From positions 1 to 60,775 of IMG/VR virus record IMGVR_UViG_3300043446_003656: a DNA stretch of 60,775 bases. One strand, given 5' to 3'. Positions 19,013 to 28,014 of the stretch are shown here, one piece after another. Position numbers and translations under genes: made by a program. The first letter of the stretch is position 1, and every line of letters starts with the position of its first letter. The notes below the pieces were generated by a model. The model searched no databases and had not been told where the DNA came from. It was given only the letters and a program-made list of their open reading frames with translations. The DNA is from a virus. Lineage: Duplodnaviria > Caudoviricetes.

Positions 19013-19155
19013 TGTCAATATGTAAATGTGGTATTTCAAAAACTTACCCCGAATGTGATTCTACCCATAAAAAAATAATTCAAGTCGAAAAACTTAGAAA
19101 AGCAATTATAGAAGCATTTGAAAAATATGAATCAGAGGAAAATATCAATAATTAG
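19012..19155 (+). CDS. CDGSH-type [2Fe-2S] mini-protein (47 aa)
   Basis: Hand translation MSICKCGISKTYPECDSTH, matching CxCxxSxxxPxCDxxH. Confidence 0.75.
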   Translation: MSICKCGISKTYPECDSTHKKIIQVEKLRKAIIEAFEKYESEENINN

Positions 19156-19182
19156 TTAATTAATGATATAATTATATTTGTA

Positions 19183-19572
19183 ATGATATCTCTCATATCA
19201 TTACGAAGGGTGATGAATATCAGAAAAATAGCTAAGATAATAGAAAAAAGAACAGAGGAAATCTCTGACAGGGCTGCAAAAGCATTTGGAACCCCTTGGT
19301 TCTTGGTGCTACACGCTTTGTGGTTTATACTATGGGTAGAGCTTCAAGTAGAGCCCTTTCCGTATGGACTTCTAACAATGATAGTTTCTTTAGAATCTAT
19401 CTTGTTATCTGGGTTAATTTTAAGTGCAACTGACAGGGAATCTGCTCGTGATCGTCAGGTTATGAACAGAGATTTGCGAATTTCGAAAGAAACTCAAAAA
19501 TTATTAGAGCATATGCACGAGGAATTAATGGAGATAAAAGAATATTTGAATGGCGGGGTGGAGTCAGAATGA
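19183..19572 (+). CDS. DUF1003-like membrane protein
   Basis: FGTPWF..PFPYGLLTMIVSLESI. Confidence 0.75.
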   Translation: MISLISLRRVMNIRKIAKIIEKRTEEISDRAAKAFGTPWFLVLHALWFILWVELQVEPFPYGLLTMIVSLESILLSGLILSATDRESARDRQVMNRDLRISKETQKLLEHMHEELMEIKEYLNGGVESE

Positions 19573-19754
19573 CCCTACTCTATCTGGGTATCATCGTTGT
19601 ATTACTACAATCCTACATAAGGCTTCAATACAGATACAAAAATCTTGTTAATCAGCACGTATTTATTATGGAAGATCTTTTAAAAGATATTTCAGAAATA
19701 AAAAACAAATGCAAAAAAGATAAAAAATCTGAATAAGCTTTATAAATATGATAG

Positions 19755-19784
19755 CCAGTATAGTCAGTTTTCTGGCTATACTGG
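19755..19784. terminator. Strong hairpin, probable terminator
   Basis: CCAGTATAGTCAG-tttt-CTGGCTATACTGG. Confidence 0.6.
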
Positions 19785-19812
19785 TCTTATAATATACCAA
19801 CAAATATCAGAT

Positions 19813-19863
19813 AAAAGATTATTAAAATTAAAGGAGACTTTTACAAATGATTACGGATATTGG
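19813..19863 (+). pseudogene. 3'-end remnant of an oxygenase paralog (direct repeat of 20537-20587)
   Basis: 43/51 nt identical; reads KRLLKLKETFTNDYGYW versus KRLLKLKETFINDHGYW. Confidence 0.7.
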
Positions 19864-20590
19864 CATGAGGCTAACTAAATATAGAAAAGTTTTTGTTTCA
19901 AAAAAACTAAAGCAATTAACCCCTGCTTCTTGGATATGGGAAGATTTTCTATCAAAAAAAGAATTAGAAGAAATTTTAAATGAAATAGTTTATAATGAAG
20001 AAAAAGATCAAGGTTTTTCAAGTATATTAAAAAGATATAGGGAAAGACTTGAATCCGTTTTTGAAGGTGGAATTTTTGAAATAGATGGTCCTATGGAAAG
20101 AATTGTAAGATATGAAGGTTGGAAAAATGGTATGGCTCCACATATAGACGTTTTGGTACAACAAGATGAATTAATAGAAAACATTCTTCTAACTGATGAA
20201 CAGGCATCTAAATGTGAGTATACAGAAACTAAATTTGCAGGCTACGGAATGGTTATATACTTAAATGATGACTTTGAGGGCGGTGAGCTATATTATCCAG
20301 AGTACGATATTCTTTATAAACCACAGGCAGGAGCGTTAGTAATACATGACGCTGAAGCAATTCACGGGGTTAGAGCAACATTAAGTGGAGAAAGAATAAC
20401 TCATCAAACAACAATTTCTGTAATTTTTAAAGTAGAAAAAAATAAATTTGAAAAATGGAAAACAAAATATCCTAATCACAAAGATCTATACGTAGATAGA
20501 CTAAATAACGATGCTTTAGGTTTAAAAATAGCTAACAAAAGATTATTAAAGCTGAAAGAGACTTTTATAAATGACCACGGATACTGGTAA
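19847..20590 (+). CDS. 2OG-Fe(II) oxygenase
   Basis: HID..YLNDDFEGGE..HGV..ER. Confidence 0.85.
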   Translation: MITDIGMRLTKYRKVFVSKKLKQLTPASWIWEDFLSKKELEEILNEIVYNEEKDQGFSSILKRYRERLESVFEGGIFEIDGPMERIVRYEGWKNGMAPHIDVLVQQDELIENILLTDEQASKCEYTETKFAGYGMVIYLNDDFEGGELYYPEYDILYKPQAGALVIHDAEAIHGVRATLSGERITHQTTISVIFKVEKNKFEKWKTKYPNHKDLYVDRLNNDALGLKIANKRLLKLKETFINDHGYW

Positions 20591-20716
20591 TTGCATTCAT
20601 ATATATAAGGATATAAAAGAAAATCCTTGTCCCTATTGCGGGAAAGAAACTCATGTGATAGACTGGGAATATCAAAACAAATTATATAAAAAATGGTTAA
20701 AAGATAACCCAGATGC

Positions 20717-20956
20717 ATGGAAGCAAGTAGGATGGTGGAGTATATGAGTATGGAAATTTTATCAATGCCCCAGTGGAAATCTAGAGTTTTAAGGGCGGTA
20801 GCCTGGATTTTGGGTATGCGTGGGGAGCATGTTTATTGTATTACTATGAATGTAGATCTTAATGATCCAAAACAAGCAAAAGAATTGTTACAAAATGTTA
20901 CATTGGACAATTTATCCAAAAATGAGGCGAAAAATGAGCAAAAAACTGAAGCGTAG
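20717..20956 (+). CDS. Hypothetical protein
   Basis: ORF track; start uncertain. Confidence 0.5.
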   Translation: MEASRMVEYMSMEILSMPQWKSRVLRAVAWILGMRGEHVYCITMNVDLNDPKQAKELLQNVTLDNLSKNEAKNEQKTEA

Positions 20957-21080
20957 GTATTTAGCAATACCTATATTGATATTATTGACAACCTATTCAA
21001 TATATCGTATAATTATAGACATAATGTCAGCATTTGAAGATGTTGACTTTTTAACAGAAGAGGAAGAATATGAGCAATAA
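20934..21080 (+). CDS. Small single-TM protein
   Basis: MSKKLKRRYLAIPILILL.. Confidence 0.5.
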   Translation: MSKKLKRRYLAIPILILLTTYSIYRIIIDIMSAFEDVDFLTEEEEYEQ

Positions 21081-21258
21081 AATTGAACTTGTTCAAAATT
21101 TAATTGTAGATGCCATGATGGATGGCTATAAAAAAATGGCTGAAGTACAGGGCTTAAACGAGCAAGAACTCATGGATCAAAATAGGGCGGGAGTTGAAGG
21201 ATTTGCTACAACACTCGCCAATAAGATCAATATGATCTATTCTAATATAGACAATTAA
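21070..21258 (+). CDS. Hypothetical protein
   Basis: ORF track. Confidence 0.5.
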   Translation: MSNKIELVQNLIVDAMMDGYKKMAEVQGLNEQELMDQNRAGVEGFATTLANKINMIYSNIDN

Positions 21259-21275
21259 TTAAAGCGGGAAGTGTA

Positions 21276-21554
21276 ATGTCCCATAAATACCTAGAATACC
21301 TAAGAGAGCATAATAGAGCTAAGGCATCTATATGTTCTTATTGCAAAAATAGGAGCGTAGACATCATAGCTGAAAAACATCAGATAAAATATGTATGCTC
21401 AGATCATTACATCTCCCCCACCGATTGTATATTGGATGTATCTGTCCCTGGAGTCTTACATTATACTTATCCACAGGGTAAGAAACCTGGACTTATGGAT
21501 CCAAATATAGGTGGATATATACCTAGAAATAAAGTGGAGCAAAGTGGAGTATAG
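21276..21554 (+). CDS. Hypothetical Cys/His protein
   Basis: CSYC..CSDH. Confidence 0.5.
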   Translation: MSHKYLEYLREHNRAKASICSYCKNRSVDIIAEKHQIKYVCSDHYISPTDCILDVSVPGVLHYTYPQGKKPGLMDPNIGGYIPRNKVEQSGV

Positions 21555-21965
21555 TGGAGAATATACAGTAGTTATCCACATATGTGCATAGGTTATCCAC
21601 AGATTTTATATACATAATATGGAACCATATATATGATGGCGTTCGTAATATACCACATATGCAAATTATGTGTCAAATCGTAATATATCTCAATATGTGG
21701 ACAACTTGTGGATATATGACCACATAGCATAAATTTTATATGTTGTCAAGCATTTATATGGTCAAATTGGTCATTATTTTGGTCATATAAAATTTATATG
21801 CATTTTTTACACAAAATGTACGATTAATTCGTAATATGTGTTCATAAATGCTTATTTATTCTATGTTTCTTTTATTTTATATATATTTTTCTATGGTATT
21901 CTAGGGAGCTTTCGTAATGGTATTTTTGGGAGGATCCAGGGGAAAATCCCGCCCCATCGTAATCC
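21467..21965. promoter_or_regulatory. DnaA-box cluster and AT-rich non-coding region
   Basis: TTATCCACA at 21467, 21572 and 21593; TTGTCCACA (minus) at 21696; near-match at 21707; five TCGTAAT. Confidence 0.65.
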
Positions 21966-21991
21966 CTATTTTGAAATCTGACCTGATCAAG

Positions 21992-22033
21992 AAAAAAGAA
22001 AGACCCCCGTGGTCCCGAATCCACGAGGGTCTT
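21992..22033 (-). terminator. Intrinsic terminator ending the minus-strand block
   Basis: AAGACCCCCGTGG/CCACGAGGGTCTT stem with a U-tract on the minus strand. Confidence 0.75.
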
Positions 22034-22078
22034 AATTGGACTTGGCGGAAGCCTGAACGCCCTATTGTTGCTATTTAA

Positions 22079-22444
22079 TTATACCACTGCATCTTTGTTT
22101 TTGTCAAGTCGCAATCCATGATAGTCTACAAATTCATCAAAGGAGTGTATCCCAGATTCATCTTCAATATAGTTCTTATCTAGCCAGATAGTAATTGCTG
22201 GGTGGTCTCCAGCCCCGTTGTCTGGACCAGCCCAGAGGCCGTATCCAGTCTCTTCGTTCCAATCAGGTCCGATTAGATTAGAGACAATAATGCGGGCACA
22301 ATATGATTCATCATCCCATCTTGGGCGGGCTTTTTCAAGAGCGTATGCTAAAGCACCATATCTATCTCCACCACCCCAATGACTATATAAACTAATTTGA
22401 TTACCATCAGTTTGAGCCAATGTATATACGATTCTGTCACCCAT
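22079..22444 (-). CDS. Conserved phage hypothetical protein
   Basis: MGDR..SLYSHWGG..ARPRW. Confidence 0.65.
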   Translation of the reverse strand: MGDRIVYTLAQTDGNQISLYSHWGGGDRYGALAYALEKARPRWDDESYCARIIVSNLIGPDWNEETGYGLWAGPDNGAGDHPAITIWLDKNYIEDESGIHSFDEFVDYHGLRLDKNKDAVV

Positions 22445-22638
22445 TACTTTGTTACCTCTATTTCTATAGCATCTGATACTTCATTATATTTGACCCAATT
22501 ATACACGTCATCAACCATACAGTCAATAGCATATTGAGTTAATTCTTCTTCCAGATTATTTGGATCAAATTGAGCCAATAACTCTTCATCCATATCTGCT
22601 GTATCCACATATGTAGATATAATAGCTTTAACTATCAT
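22444..22638 (-). CDS. Hypothetical acidic protein
   Basis: ORF track; coupled stops and starts. Confidence 0.55.
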   Translation of the reverse strand: MIVKAIISTYVDTADMDEELLAQFDPNNLEEELTQYAIDCMVDDVYNWVKYNEVSDAIEIEVTK

Positions 22639-22964
22639 TCCATACCCTCTAATGTAAGTTGCATTTCATCTTGCTCTTCATAGTAATTATTTACAACTGC
22701 AATTAATCTTTCACATAGTTCCACCACTTCACGCATTGTGACTGGTGTGGAATTATAATTACCTAAGTTGGACGTGATGTCTACATAATTTAACAAAAGT
22801 CTAAAGAACTTATGCTGCTCACGTACAGGTAAATGTGATATTTGCATAGCAACAAGTTCCAAGTTAATGTTGTTGTCAGACATAGCATCATAGGTTTGTT
22901 TTACATATTTTTCGTTTGGAGTTTTACCTCCTAGTTTATGAGTGATGGCTACAAATTTTGTCAT
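22635..22964 (-). CDS. Hypothetical protein
   Basis: ORF track. Confidence 0.55.
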   Translation of the reverse strand: MTKFVAITHKLGGKTPNEKYVKQTYDAMSDNNINLELVAMQISHLPVREQHKFFRLLLNYVDITSNLGNYNSTPVTMREVVELCERLIAVVNNYYEEQDEMQLTLEGME

Positions 22965-23087
22965 AAGTTCCCTATTCTATCAGATACGAACGTTTTTGTC
23001 TAACGGTTTCACTATTTGAGACGGAGCTTTTACTCCCCCGTCGCATGCGCAGAATGTCATATGTGATTTACAATCTGCACACATAAC

Positions 23088-23169
23088 AAACCCTACTCTA
23101 ACCCCGCTGCGGTCCAAACCGTACAGTGTACGAGATGGCCGCAATGGGATCTGCGAGGAATAGGGGTTT
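23088..23169 (-). ncRNA. Long GC-rich irregular hairpin
   Basis: Nested pairings CCTATTC/GAGTAGG, GATCCC/GGGGTT, TGCGGCCA/TGGACCGCA, CGTAC/GTACG. Confidence 0.45.
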
Positions 23170-23341
23170 ACGCTAAAGGGACAGCTGTCACCTTAGTGCG
23201 CTGCTTAGGCTCCTTAATTGGACGGTCAAAAGTAAGACCGCTATCCTTAAGAACCTTAATCATCTCAGCCGAAAAACGGCCACGGGCTCCTGGTTGGAAT
23301 CCTTTTGAAATGAGATATGCACGTGCACTTTGCTTTTCCAT
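23168..23341 (-). CDS. Stand-alone Lsr2-like DNA-binding domain (57 aa)
   Basis: Hand translation MEKQSARAYLISKGFQPGARGRFSAEMIKVL..; RGR hook; SD GGAAGG. Confidence 0.65.
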   Translation of the reverse strand: MEKQSARAYLISKGFQPGARGRFSAEMIKVLKDSGLTFDRPIKEPKQRTKVTAVPLA

Positions 23342-23342
23342 G

Positions 23343-23690
23343 TTATTTCCTTCCTTCTAGGTTTTTGGTGTATTCCTCATCGTCAACATCTTCTACGTCA
23401 ACAATGAATCCTTTGTCTTGTAAGTAATCACGAATCTCTTCGTGCATTTGTTCAGGTCCGTATTCTAAATCAAAACGGATATCATTTTCTAAAATAGCAG
23501 ACATAATGTTATCTGGGGTTTCCCTCCATATCCACGACATCGCTTCTATGTCTTCGTAGTCTGACTGGTGCATGTCAATCAAGGTGTCGTAAACCCACAG
23601 GTCCACAAGCCCTGGTCTCCATGGTTGGAGTTCTGAGTACTTAGTTACAAGTACTTGCCCCTCTAAAAGCATTGATAATCTATCAGTCAT
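23343..23690 (-). CDS. Hypothetical acidic protein
   Basis: ORF track. Confidence 0.6.
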   Translation of the reverse strand: MTDRLSMLLEGQVLVTKYSELQPWRPGLVDLWVYDTLIDMHQSDYEDIEAMSWIWRETPDNIMSAILENDIRFDLEYGPEQMHEEIRDYLQDKGFIVDVEDVDDEEYTKNLEGRK

Positions 23691-23910
23691 TATTCTCCCT
23701 ATGCCATTGTGCTAAAGTTCGGACGGTAAAATCTTGACCCAAATTGTAGCAGAAACGGACTGCCTGTGTCAAATCCTCGGTTTCGTAAAGAGGCGGGGAC
23801 AAGAGTTCTACATCAGAGGTATCGTAAACCTCAAATGAATCTACACCACCAGGGGAAACAGAATATTCAACTTCTAGAATTTCTAAAGGTGTTTTATTAT
23901 ACATATTCAT
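23683..23910 (-). CDS. Hypothetical protein
   Basis: ORF track. Confidence 0.55.
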   Translation of the reverse strand: MNMYNKTPLEILEVEYSVSPGGVDSFEVYDTSDVELLSPPLYETEDLTQAVRFCYNLGQDFTVRTLAQWHRENND

Positions 23911-24238
23911 GCAACTCCTTCATATATCTCAAAAGGTGAGATACACCTATCATTTGCCCATTTAAAGATATATCCTCTATCTCTAAAGACTTATATTCAT
24001 CTGAATCCATATCTTCAATCTCATTCATCTGCTTTTCTATATGGGCAGAATCTTGTTCCAGACTGATTATATGTAACTTAGCATACTCTTCTAGTTGTTT
24101 AAACAATCTAAGGTGAATGTCCCACTCTGATTCATAGTCAGGGTCATTGCAACATGGGCATTCATTCTCACATGAAAACATATCTAACTCTTCATTGTAA
24201 TATGTAGAGCACTTACATGTTTCACACATTGATGCCAT
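23897..24238 (-). CDS. Hypothetical protein with Cys-rich N-terminus
   Basis: CETCKC..CENECPCC. Confidence 0.55.
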   Translation of the reverse strand: MASMCETCKCSTYYNEELDMFSCENECPCCNDPDYESEWDIHLRLFKQLEEYAKLHIISLEQDSAHIEKQMNEIEDMDSDEYKSLEIEDISLNGQMIGVSHLLRYMKELHEYV

Positions 24239-24440
24239 TAGTAACCTCCTTAATTAGTTCTTGGTGGAGAATTGTAACATATGGATGACGTTTTATCAAG
24301 CCCGTCATTTTGTCATCATGAGCACAAGTAAGCTCCAGGTTATAGCCATCCAGTTTCTCAACCTCTATACCATGCTTCCATGCATCCATGATCACCGCTC
24401 CATAATTGGAGCGGGACATGGCATCAATGGTTAATATCAT
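24222..24440 (-). CDS. Hypothetical protein
   Basis: ORF track. Confidence 0.55.
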   Translation of the reverse strand: MILTIDAMSRSNYGAVIMDAWKHGIEVEKLDGYNLELTCAHDDKMTGLIKRHPYVTILHQELIKEVTNGINV

Positions 24441-25084
24441 TAGTATGCGCCTTCTTCAACACGTTCAATCTCAAAATTAGTAACAGAGATTTCTCCGCCA
24501 TATGAGTCAACATTTAAGTTATCAGAAACTAATGATTCAATGTCGTAGTCGCCATCAGCCATATCAACTTCAACTGTTAAGTCAACACGAACATAAGCAG
24601 TTACTTCAATTTCCTTAGTTAGTGGAACATCGAAGATTTCTGCAATCTGAGATAAAGTATCTTGTTCCGATGAGTCAGCATAAACTTCTTCTAAAAGTGT
24701 ACGTAGTTGAGATTCCTTGGAATACCAAGCATTTTGTTTTTCAACTAAGTTTTTATAATTGCGACGAGACTGGTCTAGAGCATATTCAATGTCTACAACT
24801 TTATCTGATGGGTAACTTACTTCCCCATTTTCAATCTTTTTGTATGTAACAAGCAGATTAGGGTTGTAGGTCTCTGGTGTCATTGTTTCCATAGTTTCTT
24901 CTTTCTTTTCGGTTATAGGGAGTATTGTAGCATCTGCCACTGACAAAAGTGTGGCGGGGGACCCACAAAGACATGTGAGTTCTGTCACATTAGGAGTATA
25001 TCCAGCTTTCATTGTATATTCAATTAAAGCATCACATTCACCCGTGCAGACATATGTATATTTAGACCAAGTTACTGTCTTCAT
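24440..25084 (-). CDS. Hypothetical protein: N-terminal Zn ribbon fused in frame to a separately promoted ORF starting at 24892
   Basis: CTGEC..CLCG; internal promoter at 24924-24945 and purine-rich SD before METMTPE. Confidence 0.6.
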   Translation of the reverse strand: MKTVTWSKYTYVCTGECDALIEYTMKAGYTPNVTELTCLCGSPATLLSVADATILPITEKKEETMETMTPETYNPNLLVTYKKIENGEVSYPSDKVVDIEYALDQSRRNYKNLVEKQNAWYSKESQLRTLLEEVYADSSEQDTLSQIAEIFDVPLTKEIEVTAYVRVDLTVEVDMADGDYDIESLVSDNLNVDSYGGEISVTNFEIERVEEGAY

Positions 25085-25308
25085 TATAGGTAATATTCAT
25101 CTCCTTCTACATATCCATAATGCTCGTTGTATTGTTTTTTAATTTCAGGAGTAGCCCATTCAAAGAATCTCCATTCAGCATATAGATTTCCTTCATTTAA
25201 ATTAGAACTATTCCATTGATCAAACAGGTGTTCTTCAATATCAACCTGAATAGCACCTAATATATGTTCTCCTACTCTATCTGAGAATAGGTCATCTACA
25301 TCAGCCAT
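25084..25308 (-). CDS. Hypothetical protein
   Basis: ORF track. Confidence 0.55.
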   Translation of the reverse strand: MADVDDLFSDRVGEHILGAIQVDIEEHLFDQWNSSNLNEGNLYAEWRFFEWATPEIKKQYNEHYGYVEGDEYYL

Positions 25309-26080
25309 TTATTTGCTCCATTCTGTAATCAGGGACATGTTCGGAATCCAAATATATCTTATGGGTCTGACATTCTTTGACACAATCAAGGTCTGCCTCG
25401 CCCAAATAATTACAAGATGAGCAAATCTCACCACAATCATTGTCGCAGTATTCTAGTGTATTTAATTCATCACAATCTCTACACTTATTATCATACTCTT
25501 CAATCTCTGTTACATTTCCACGGAGAATCTCATACTCCCCACCCCAACCTGTCTCCTCCTCAAAACTTAAAGTAAGTAAAGAATTAGGAACAAGATTAGA
25601 TAGTTTAGTTAGAACTGTGACAGCAGGAGACCATGCTGTATTATATTTATATACAACCCAGTTATCTTCACCCTCAGATTTATATTCAATTAGTTCTGTT
25701 TCAGGATATTCATCTCCGTCATGAACAGCAACATCCCATTTGGTTCCCCAGTTAGATGTATTCCAGTTATACCAATCGTGTTGAGTTTTAGCAAACTCTA
25801 CTTCCTTAGCAAACCAGTCAGGAGAATTTATGTCAATTCCAAGACGTGCAGGTTGCTTGACATATTCATCCATTGTAATACCGTCCTCTATTGGAGAATG
25901 CACATTCCAAAATGCAAAAACAGGGGCGGAATAAGTAGTCCATGATTGTTCCATTTCACCAGTCTTAGAATTCCAACTATCATGTAATACCTTGAATGGC
26001 TTATTTAATCTATCTTTAATCATATCTATTTCTTGCTTTGGACCTTGAATTGTCAAGGTGTTATATACCCAGTTTGGCAT
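25301..26080 (-). CDS. DUF1281/YubB ferredoxin-like fold protein with C-terminal Cys cluster
   Basis: MPNWVYN.L.I.G..WYNWN..NWGTKWD..NTAWSP. Confidence 0.8.
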   Translation of the reverse strand: MPNWVYNTLTIQGPKQEIDMIKDRLNKPFKVLHDSWNSKTGEMEQSWTTYSAPVFAFWNVHSPIEDGITMDEYVKQPARLGIDINSPDWFAKEVEFAKTQHDWYNWNTSNWGTKWDVAVHDGDEYPETELIEYKSEGEDNWVVYKYNTAWSPAVTVLTKLSNLVPNSLLTLSFEEETGWGGEYEILRGNVTEIEEYDNKCRDCDELNTLEYCDNDCGEICSSCNYLGEADLDCVKECQTHKIYLDSEHVPDYRMEQING

Positions 26081-26094
26081 TATATTCCTTTCGG

Positions 26095-26277
26095 TTAGAG
26101 AGCCCCAATTATAGCATCATACTCTGACACTTTTACTGCTTTACCACCACATGGGCATGTGATATTTATCATATATATAGGTGATACCTCGGAAATATCC
26201 ATAGTATATTCCATAGATGCATCACAGTTTGGACATACATATTCATATACCCACCAGTTACCATTTAAAGTTTGCAT
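26095..26277 (-). CDS. Zn-ribbon protein
   Basis: YVCPNCDASMEYT..TCPCGG, similar to the N-terminus of 24440-25084. Confidence 0.6.
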   Translation of the reverse strand: MQTLNGNWWVYEYVCPNCDASMEYTMDISEVSPIYMINITCPCGGKAVKVSEYDAIIGAL

Positions 26278-26496
26278 TGCGGAATTATAGCATTCGTAAA
26301 GGGATCATGTCAACTCTTCTTAATCGTAAATATGGGACAAATTGGACATTTCTTAATGTTCTTAATGTGATTTTTATCACAGTATCGGCCACACTATTTA
26401 CATTTTTTTAAATGATTATTTAAAGTTTCAAATGCAAATCCACTTCGGACTTGTATCTCAGCTTTACACTTTGGACAAATAACTATTTTCATTTTG

Positions 26497-26570
26497 CGAT
26501 TCGGACGGGACTTGAACCCGCAACCTCCACCGTGACAGGGTGGCGATCTAACCAATTGATCTACCGAACC
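26497..26570 (-). tRNA. trnD: tRNA-Asp(GTC)
   Basis: Reverse complement has CCACC-CTGTCAC-GGTGG and GTTCAAGTC. Confidence 0.9.
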
Positions 26571-26575
26571 AAGTG

Positions 26576-26601
26576 GAGCAGTTTTACATCATGCTCAGGA
26601 T
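26576..26601 (-). ncRNA. Candidate pseudoknot element, copy 2
   Basis: ATC-CTGAGCAT-GAT-GTAAAAC-TGCTC. Confidence 0.55.
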
Positions 26602-26607
26602 TTTTCT

Positions 26608-27639
26608 TTACGCTGTTAGCGCAAGAACTTTTTTCACAATAGAATTTTTTTCTGCTGTGATAACAGGGTCAAAGCCACTAGCGGAATAAATAAGCGATTC
26701 GCCATTTGCTTTTCGTGCTGTGCGATAATAATCTAAACGCTCAGTTAGGGCATTTACTACACCCCACGCTGTGCCTTTGATATTAGCGTTAGTTTCTGAA
26801 TTATGATAAAGGTCATCAAGCAGAACAACTTTGTTTTCCCACTTAGTAAGTGAACCTTTCTTATCATGCTCAGGCTTTGGATATAGCGTGTTGATAATCT
26901 CAGAGAATTTCTTATCTGTGACTTCACGCTGGAATAACAATTCTGCTTGCTTGCTAAATTCATCAAAGTAAGCAACAGATAGATTCAAGGCTTCACGAGC
27001 CTGTGCAATTTTGCCATCAACTGTCTGCGTATGGCGAATCTTGAAAGATTGCTTTGCAGATTTCATAGCAAAGTTAAGAGTATTTTGGCAACGAACACGA
27101 ACAGGCGTGATTGCTGCTTGAACAGCAACAGAACCATCATGGCTAGTATAAACAACTAGATATAGATTGGTTTTGTCGTTAGCACCCTTTGGGTCAAGAA
27201 CGAGAGTAGATGGAACATTCCATGTGCCAAATACAACACGACCATTTTTGAAAGACCCTGCTGAATCAACAGTGACATCAGGATTTGAATCGTGGAGATT
27301 TTCTGCGAAAGCAAATAAATCTTCATTTTGAACTTCTTTGTAGCGTGAACCTACAACAGAAAGAACATCTGTGTTGCCCGCTTCAAACGGATTGTCACGA
27401 ACAACAAGGAAAGATTCGGTTAAGAAATTGTGATTTGGTGCTAACTCAGAAACAGGCTCTAAGCGAACATTCCAATTCGAGAGATGAGCAGAATCCATAA
27501 TTTGTTTAATTGTAGGTTGCTCCTCATCTGTATTCCAAACATGATTAGCAGCAGAGTGCCAAGCAGGATTTGAGCGGGAATCAACAAGGGTGAAAGTCAC
27601 AGATTTATCTGCGATTTCTTTTGCGTGTGCAAGTGTCAT
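26608..27639 (-). CDS. DUF932 / phage-plasmid-like protein (TIGR03299-like)
   Basis: PAWH..VQNE..AGSFKNGRVVF..SHDGS..TPVRVRCQNTL..IRHT..GTAWG..NA..E. Confidence 0.9.
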   Translation of the reverse strand: MTLAHAKEIADKSVTFTLVDSRSNPAWHSAANHVWNTDEEQPTIKQIMDSAHLSNWNVRLEPVSELAPNHNFLTESFLVVRDNPFEAGNTDVLSVVGSRYKEVQNEDLFAFAENLHDSNPDVTVDSAGSFKNGRVVFGTWNVPSTLVLDPKGANDKTNLYLVVYTSHDGSVAVQAAITPVRVRCQNTLNFAMKSAKQSFKIRHTQTVDGKIAQAREALNLSVAYFDEFSKQAELLFQREVTDKKFSEIINTLYPKPEHDKKGSLTKWENKVVLLDDLYHNSETNANIKGTAWGVVNALTERLDYYRTARKANGESLIYSASGFDPVITAEKNSIVKKVLALTA

Positions 27640-27981
27640 TTTTTACCTTTCTTTAGACGAACCCCAAGTATAACAGATTGGTTTAGCATTTGTCAATAGT
27701 ATCTCACTATTTGATACGAAGAGTTTTATAAAATACCCATAAACCCACGCCTAGAATTGCTGGTGTGAGCAAAATCACAAACGGTGCTAAAAGTACAGTT
27801 TCCATAACCCCCTATTTTATCGTAAGTCCATGGGTTTTGTCAAGCTTTCTTAATGTGATGTTAATCACACGGGTCGGCCCGTCTCACAATATGGAATAGC
27901 GTCGTGGGCTACGAATTTAATTCCAGCTATTGCTGCACGATCTTATCGGTTATCACTCCTGGCTATTTATTTAATTGTGTG

Positions 27982-28008
27982 AAGCAGTTTTATAACTTGC
28001 TTAGGTTA
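27982..28008 (-). ncRNA. Candidate pseudoknot element, copy 3
   Basis: TAAC-CTAAGCAA-GTTA-TAAAAC-TGCTT, with a compensatory change in stem 2. Confidence 0.55.
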
Positions 28009-28014
28009 ATTTGT

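Noticed and set aside
26497-26570. tRNA-Asp as a prophage attachment site
   Set aside because: No integrase, no duplicated tRNA 3' end and no host genes flank it.
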